Assembly: GCA_043228905.1 (NCBI GenBank)
Contig: JBHGNT010000907.1
Span: 1-14,023, forward strand
Direction: 5' to 3'
Length of the DNA stretch: 14,023 nt
Source: Azolla caroliniana
Taxonomy: Eukaryota; Plantae; Polypodiophyta
The translations under genes and the position numbers were made by a program. Of this stretch, positions 9,417 to 14,023 are shown in pieces (positions within the stretch are counted from its first letter, which is position 1; every line of letters begins with the position of its first letter). Under the pieces are notes generated by a model. The model had not been told where the DNA came from. It did no database searches and worked only from the letters and a program-made list of their open reading frames with translations.

Positions 9417-9975
9417 ACCAAGACATAGTGCTTGTAGTGTAACAATTGTTGTTCCTTCCTGGATCGAATACATTCGATTACTCCTCTTGAGTAATCGGGT
9501 CAAGGAATTATGGTGCGTAAGAGACTAGGAACCCGAGTAGGGGTTGAATCGTTACACCCGTTAATGGACACACCTCGAATAGATCACTACTTATTCGTAA
9601 TCACGTTTTACATACCGCCGGCAATAAGTAACAATATATTTAGAATGAGACAGACACAAAGATTGACCCACAACTATAAGTATTCGATTTCTAACATATA
9701 ATAATGATAGTACAAAAGACCGAGTAGAATCGGTAATGATCACTCACTCAATACAATTCTAGACCTAGCTTTTGTCACTCGGGGTATATTCAGTCTCTAG
9801 CGATCCCCCCTTTTTGTGTTTGCCCCTTCTTGATTATATAGCTTTCACCTAACTCGGCGTGTTCCAACTACTTCCTCATGATATTTGGCTTTTGTCTTCG
9901 GTTGCTTGTAATCAATTACTTCCCTCGACTGTTAGTGCTCGTCTTCTTTTCCTGCTTTTATACTTGTCTGAGAAA

Positions 9976-10114
9976 GAGATGTAGCTCAGTTGGTTGCCAA
10001 TGGAGACTAAGAGGTCATGAATTCAATCTCTACATTCCACAATGTCATCCGTGGCATCTAGTAAATTAATAGATATGTATGAAGTAATAACGAGGTGAGA
10101 AAAATGGGTTTGAA
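9976..10114 (+). mobile_element. tRNA-derived SINE-like element, copy 2 (more decayed)
   Basis: Same A box (9982-9993), degenerate B box AATTCAATCTC, and the shared body ctacattccacaatg...ggcatctagt.aattaa..agatatgtatgaagta...gaggtgag. Confidence 0.78.
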
Positions 10115-10135
10115 TCAGAGTAAGCTAATTATGAT

Positions 10136-10138
<3 letters not shown>

Positions 10139-10205
<67 letters not shown>
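10139..10205. repeat. (AG)33 microsatellite
   Basis: Direct reading. Confidence 0.99.
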
Positions 10206-10209
<4 letters not shown>

Positions 10210-10369
10210 ACATTATCAAGAAGGGAATACAATAATTTACATCTTTGTTCTTGACACTTGTCTCAGTCTTAATGTATGAATGATCTAACTCGTGTAAGCA
10301 ACAATAAGTTATTGTTGTTTGAGTAGTATAATTCCATTTTATGATAGAACATCGATTAGTTGAAGGGTG

Positions 10370-10893
10370 TGTTAGTGAGGCTATAGGGAAGAGGATTGTG
10401 CAAGGGCTTTCAATATACATGTTAGCCGATTGGCTAGCTGAATTACACTAATTGGAGTTGGAGTTGGGGTTGGAGTCGGAGGTGTACAAGATAGTGTGAA
10501 AAGGAAGTAATGAAACAATAATTTTTGCCAAGTAGGAAATAGAATATTTAAGAAAATAGAACAATTAAGGTTCTTGTAGGTTCTTGTCGGGTACGCAAGT
10601 GTATTATCTTGGAAAATTCTCTCAGGTTGCCTATAAAAAGGGGCTGAAAGCATTGTATCAACATCAGTATGTTTTTAGTTATATTAATATAATTTTGGTA
10701 GTTAGAGTACTTGCTTTGTTGGTTGTTCTGTTCATATGTCACAATCATTGTAATTAAGTAGGGTGAATTACTATATGTGTAATGTTTTGAGTGAGTAATT
10801 GTCAAGGTATCACATCTCCAACCATAATCTTCTTGACAGAACGACTTACTGATTAAGACGTTCAATCCTTTGTGTCGGTCAACAGAGATAACA
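10370..10893 (+). mobile_element. Candidate 5' LTR of the Ty3/gypsy remnant (left boundary uncertain)
   Basis: TGTTA (10370 or 10420)...TAACA (10889-10893) termini, an LTR-style CTATAAAAAGGGG box at ~10631, and a position just upstream of a PBS. Confidence 0.45.
10452..10483. repeat. Degenerate (TTGGAG)n hexamer repeat
   Basis: ttggagttggagttggggttggagtcggaggt; gives the PTPTPTP run in a spurious ORF. Confidence 0.75.
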
Positions 10894-10901
10894 CAATAAT
10901 T

Positions 10902-10918
10902 TGGCACACCCGGTAGGA
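10902..10918 (+). other. Primer-binding site complementary to a tRNA-Arg 3' end (Tat/Ogre-type), decayed
   Basis: TGGCACACCCGGTAGGA equals TGGCACGCCCGGTGGGA with two G>A transitions. Confidence 0.72.
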
Positions 10919-10948
10919 TTTGTTATGAGCAAAGAACAAGGTGAATGA

Positions 10949-11260
10949 ATGTCGTCTAGTCGACTTAGTACAGACCAACCTGCAGGAAGCAAAGGACCAC
11001 ACACGAGATCGGAGAGCCGACGTGCCAAACAAGGTAATTCTACTAATTTGGATTTTGTCGAACAAATTCAATAGGAACCTGAAGAGGAATTAAAAGAGGT
11101 TCCCCAGTTATACACTGACAATAGCTCAGACAAGGGGTCATCCGACCATTTCAGTTGCTTCAGAAAATTAGGAGAATTTTTTGAGGAGGATACAATGTCA
11201 TATCCCTATTTTGAGTACAATGATGAAGCCGATGTGGAAGCGCACGTACACGCAACTTGA
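10949..11260 (+). pseudogene. Disrupted gag N-terminus of a Ty3/gypsy (Tat-like) element
   Basis: The ATG lies 30 nt after the PBS: MSSSRLSTDQPAGSKGPHTRS...Q*EPEEELKEV, then RKLGEFFEEDTMSYPYFEYNDEADVEAHVHA, resembling the gag 'DPxxHV' segment. No pol follows. Confidence 0.55.
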
Positions 11261-11571
11261 GGGTAAAAATTTAAGAGACCAAGGGGTACAAAACATAAAA
11301 CTCGACTCACATGACGCAACCGAATAATACACATACACGCAACGTGATTTTACGACCCATACCACAATGAACGAGTCGATTGGTGTGTGATCCAATTGTG
11401 AGATGTGTTGACCGGACAAGAAGGTTCGGGTCAAGGAAGCTCTAATCGCAGTTATCGATCATAGAGTTGTGATCCGGTTGAGGGATTTTCGACCGATGTA
11501 GTTCCGGTCGATAAGAGTTGCCATTGCAAGTGGGTTCACTGTGTGATGCATTTGTCTCACAGGCATGCATG

Positions 11572-12078
11572 TGTTACCCGTAGGACTGTATAGGGCGGTA
11601 TAAGGGTAAAACATGATAAAGGGGTTGTTGTATATGTGTAATGTATACGAGTGTGAATGAAGATAAATATGTGTATGAACACATGCACAATTATGTGCAT
11701 GTGTACAAGAATGTAAAGGTCATATTATGTAACCGTAATATGATGTACTATATAAACCCCCCTATGGGGCATGTAATATAGAAGAAATTTCCTTCTAATT
11801 TTGTGTCATTCTTTGTTTCTCTCTCCTTCTCTCTGTCCCTCATGCGTAACCCCCTTGGGAGGGGGTTGGAGCCGTTCTTGGCTCCACCCCCCACCCATAA
11901 ACAATACAAGATCACCTAGCGTGCCCTTATGCTCCTCTCAGGTGATGTGGAAACCACCAACACATTTGGGTAACAACTCCACATGGAGGTTGGGGTATCT
12001 AGGGAGGATCGGTCGTAAGTAAAGATCCCAAATGTTAATCGTTCGTGCATATATATTCAGGGGTGGTGTCTAATAACA
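11572..12078 (+). mobile_element. Probable LTR (solo or from a second element)
   Basis: TGTTA...TAACA inverted termini (alternative start TGTTG 11626 after a purine run), CTATATAAACCCCC at ~11748 followed by a CT-rich tract, and a strong hairpin. No target-site duplication found. Confidence 0.5.
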
Positions 12079-13179
12079 ATTGTTTTGCAAGATGTGCAAT
12101 TTGGGAGTTACTTTATCGTGGCATGCCAAAGTTATAGCCAACAATGTTTGTAGATAAAGGCTGACAATAATTATCGTAGCACATGGTATTATATATACTT
12201 GAACTATCACCCATGCATCTTTATTTCTCCAAATACCCCTACGTATTTGGGGTTTCCATAGAAGCCATTGATCAATCCTCAAAATAGACTATAAAAAGGG
12301 GATTAATTGATGAAATAATTGCTAAGCAGCACATAGTGACAAAAAGGATAGGAAGAATAAGGGAAACTTTGGGGCACGAGGAAAATGTGAAAAATATTTC
12401 GGCATGTTGGTTTTATTCCTACATATAATGTTTAAGCATTACGTAGAGAAACTAGTACAAATTAAAAAGAGGGAAGATGGCATGATTAAGAGATAACTTG
12501 AACCAAACAAGGTAATAACCATATTGCCTCATGTCAAGTCCTCGTGAGCTATTTCACAAATTGCAAGTGATTACAACAAAGGTAAGTGGATAGTTATTTG
12601 CCTATGTATGTATGTAAAAAAGAGAGAATAAATATAGGTGCCAAGTGCATTGTGTACGGTGCAAGATACATATATCCACAAAAAGTGGCATAAGATCTAC
12701 CAAAGCCATAACTAGAACTTGTATTGGTCGCAAAAGGCTATGTCACAACAGAGAACCCATCCCCCGAACTTGTTACGAAAATTTACCAAAACTAGAACAC
12801 CTTCATGGTTGAAGAACAACTTTTTTATATGATAAAGAAACCTTTGAGAGCATCACGAACATTCTCTACAATTTAGACACTCTCGAAAGTGTTCCAAATG
12901 GCTACTGCAAGCAGAACACATTTCGGAGACAAAGGGCTAAAGTTAGAGCAACAGAGATACCCCCAAAAATGTTAGGAAAAAATTGACGCGATGTAGTGCC
13001 GAGAAGAACGAGAACCAAAAGATAGGCAGCCCCTCGAGAAGCAGAAGGAGAAGAAGAAGAAGTGCACTATGCAACACACTTGTTGTGTGGGGGGGTTCGG
13101 CCGATGTTTATATGTATGTAATTTTGTTGGGATGGATGGGGTGGCTAAAGTCTTGGCATAAACTGTAAAAACATAAAAC

Positions 13180-13351
13180 CTAAAACAGAAGCTCCTTTCC
13201 TCCCCGAAACAAACCTTCTGCTTCCTTCCTTTCCCTCCAAAAAAGGCTCGATTTTCTTGTAAAGCAGAAGTCTCGTCGCGATCGTTGCAGAGAAGAAGAA
13301 GGCGGAGGAGCAGAAATCATCCGCTCTTCAGCGTTTGGTCTCTCTGCCGTC
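13180..13351 (+). promoter_or_regulatory. CCT8 proximal promoter / 5' UTR
   Basis: Pyrimidine patch (ctcctttcctcccc, cttccttcctttccctcc), a GAA run and retained CpGs directly upstream of the ATG. The TSS is not determinable. Confidence 0.5.
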
Positions 13352-13499
13352 ATGCCTTTCGCGTTTCAACCTTATGGCGTCCAATCCATGCTCAAGGAAG
13401 GGCACAAGCATCTCTCTGGCCTCGATGAAGCTGTGCTCAAGAACATCGATGCTTGCAAGGAGCTCTCTCTCATCACTCGATCTTCTCTCGGTCCTAACG
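13352..13499 (+). CDS. CCT8: T-complex protein 1 subunit theta (chaperonin CCT8), exon 1; the gene continues beyond the window
   Basis: MPFAFQPYGVQSMLKEGHKHLSGLDEAVLKNIDACKELSLITRSSLGPNG matches the plant CCT-theta N-terminus. Similarity stops at the donor G|GTATGC (phase 1, intron starts 13500). Confidence 0.96.
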
Positions 13500-14023
13500 G
13501 TATGCTGCCCCTGTCTTACATATCTGCATTTCGCGAACAGAATCTGATAGATCTTACCATTGTAAGAATAGTATGGCTTTTTCATTTGGAACTTGTATGT
13601 TATTTCTGGTTTGCGCTTCTTTCCTTTGAAATGCTATATCTTGTTTCATCGCGTATACTCTATTATTTGTTTCCTTCCGAATATGGTATGGCGTTCCAAG
13701 ATATATTTTATTTTAAATTGTAAGTTTTTCCCCTCTGAAGTGCTACGTTTACTTCTGGTTTGAATTTTTTTCCTTCTCACAATGATTACGTTGTTCGGAT
13801 TTCTTTTTGTTCCCCTCTCAAATGTTATATTGTTTACTTTGAAATGGAATGCTTTCTGATTCCCTCTAATATTTAATAATATTTAATATACTGGAGTTAT
13901 TTCCCTCTAATATTTAATAATAGGAATGGATTATAAGTGAATAAATCGTCCAAAATTAGGTTCTCATACTATGAAAATAGGATATGAAAGCGAAAAGTGG
14001 ATAAATTAACGAATATCTACTTT
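13500..14023 (+). other. CCT8 intron 1 (partial)
   Basis: GT donor, T-rich composition, and no MNKMVINHL exon 2 found in the remaining sequence. Confidence 0.88.
13860..13922 (+). repeat. 22-bp direct repeat in the intron (13860-13881, 13901-13922)
   Basis: ttccctctaatatttaataata occurs twice. Confidence 0.9.

Noticed and set aside
8999-10420. ORFs with LSLSLS runs (8999-9187, 10115-10420)
   Set aside because: These are translations of (TC)n microsatellites.
12724-12741. LVAKGY copia RT-like hexapeptide
   Set aside because: The flanking copia motifs (KWVFK, KAR, GIDY) are not recognisable, and the match is too short to call.
13176-13183. Telo-box in the CCT8 promoter
   Set aside because: It reads AAACCTAA, not the canonical AAACCCTA.
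13500-13723. C-terminal part of the 123-aa ORF as CCT8 coding sequence
   Set aside because: This is intron read-through: similarity ends at a canonical GT donor and the remainder is T-rich.
13922-13940. Possible CCT8 exon 2 at ag|GAATGGAT
   Set aside because: It would give G-M-D-Y-K-stop rather than the conserved GMNKMVINHL.

Overview
AT-rich eukaryotic DNA from a land plant (plant-type CCT8 exon, plant retroelements). The (GA)n-rich, LINE-rich style suggests a non-seed plant such as a fern, but that is inference. Two probable host genes are present: a single-exon secreted defensin-like protein with an unusual 14-Cys mature domain and an S/T/P-rich tail (2892-3284, - strand), and exon 1 of chaperonin CCT8/TCP-1 theta (13352-13499, +), followed by an intron running off the window. 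The rest is decayed transposon material: a Ty1/copia pol remnant with internal duplications (~424-2369), a probable hAT remnant (~5025-5350), a ~4.5 kb chain of LINE 3' ends, reiterated LINE tails and two tRNA-derived SINE-like copies punctuated by (GA)n tracts (5673-10205), and a Ty3/gypsy (Tat-like) LTR-PBS-gag remnant plus a probable second LTR (~10370-12078). I see no prokaryotic systems such as CRISPR arrays or operons. The best novelty candidates are the expanded defensin/AGP-tail chimera and the (GA)n-anchored retroposon chain. All assignments are from motif recognition by eye; no searches were run.
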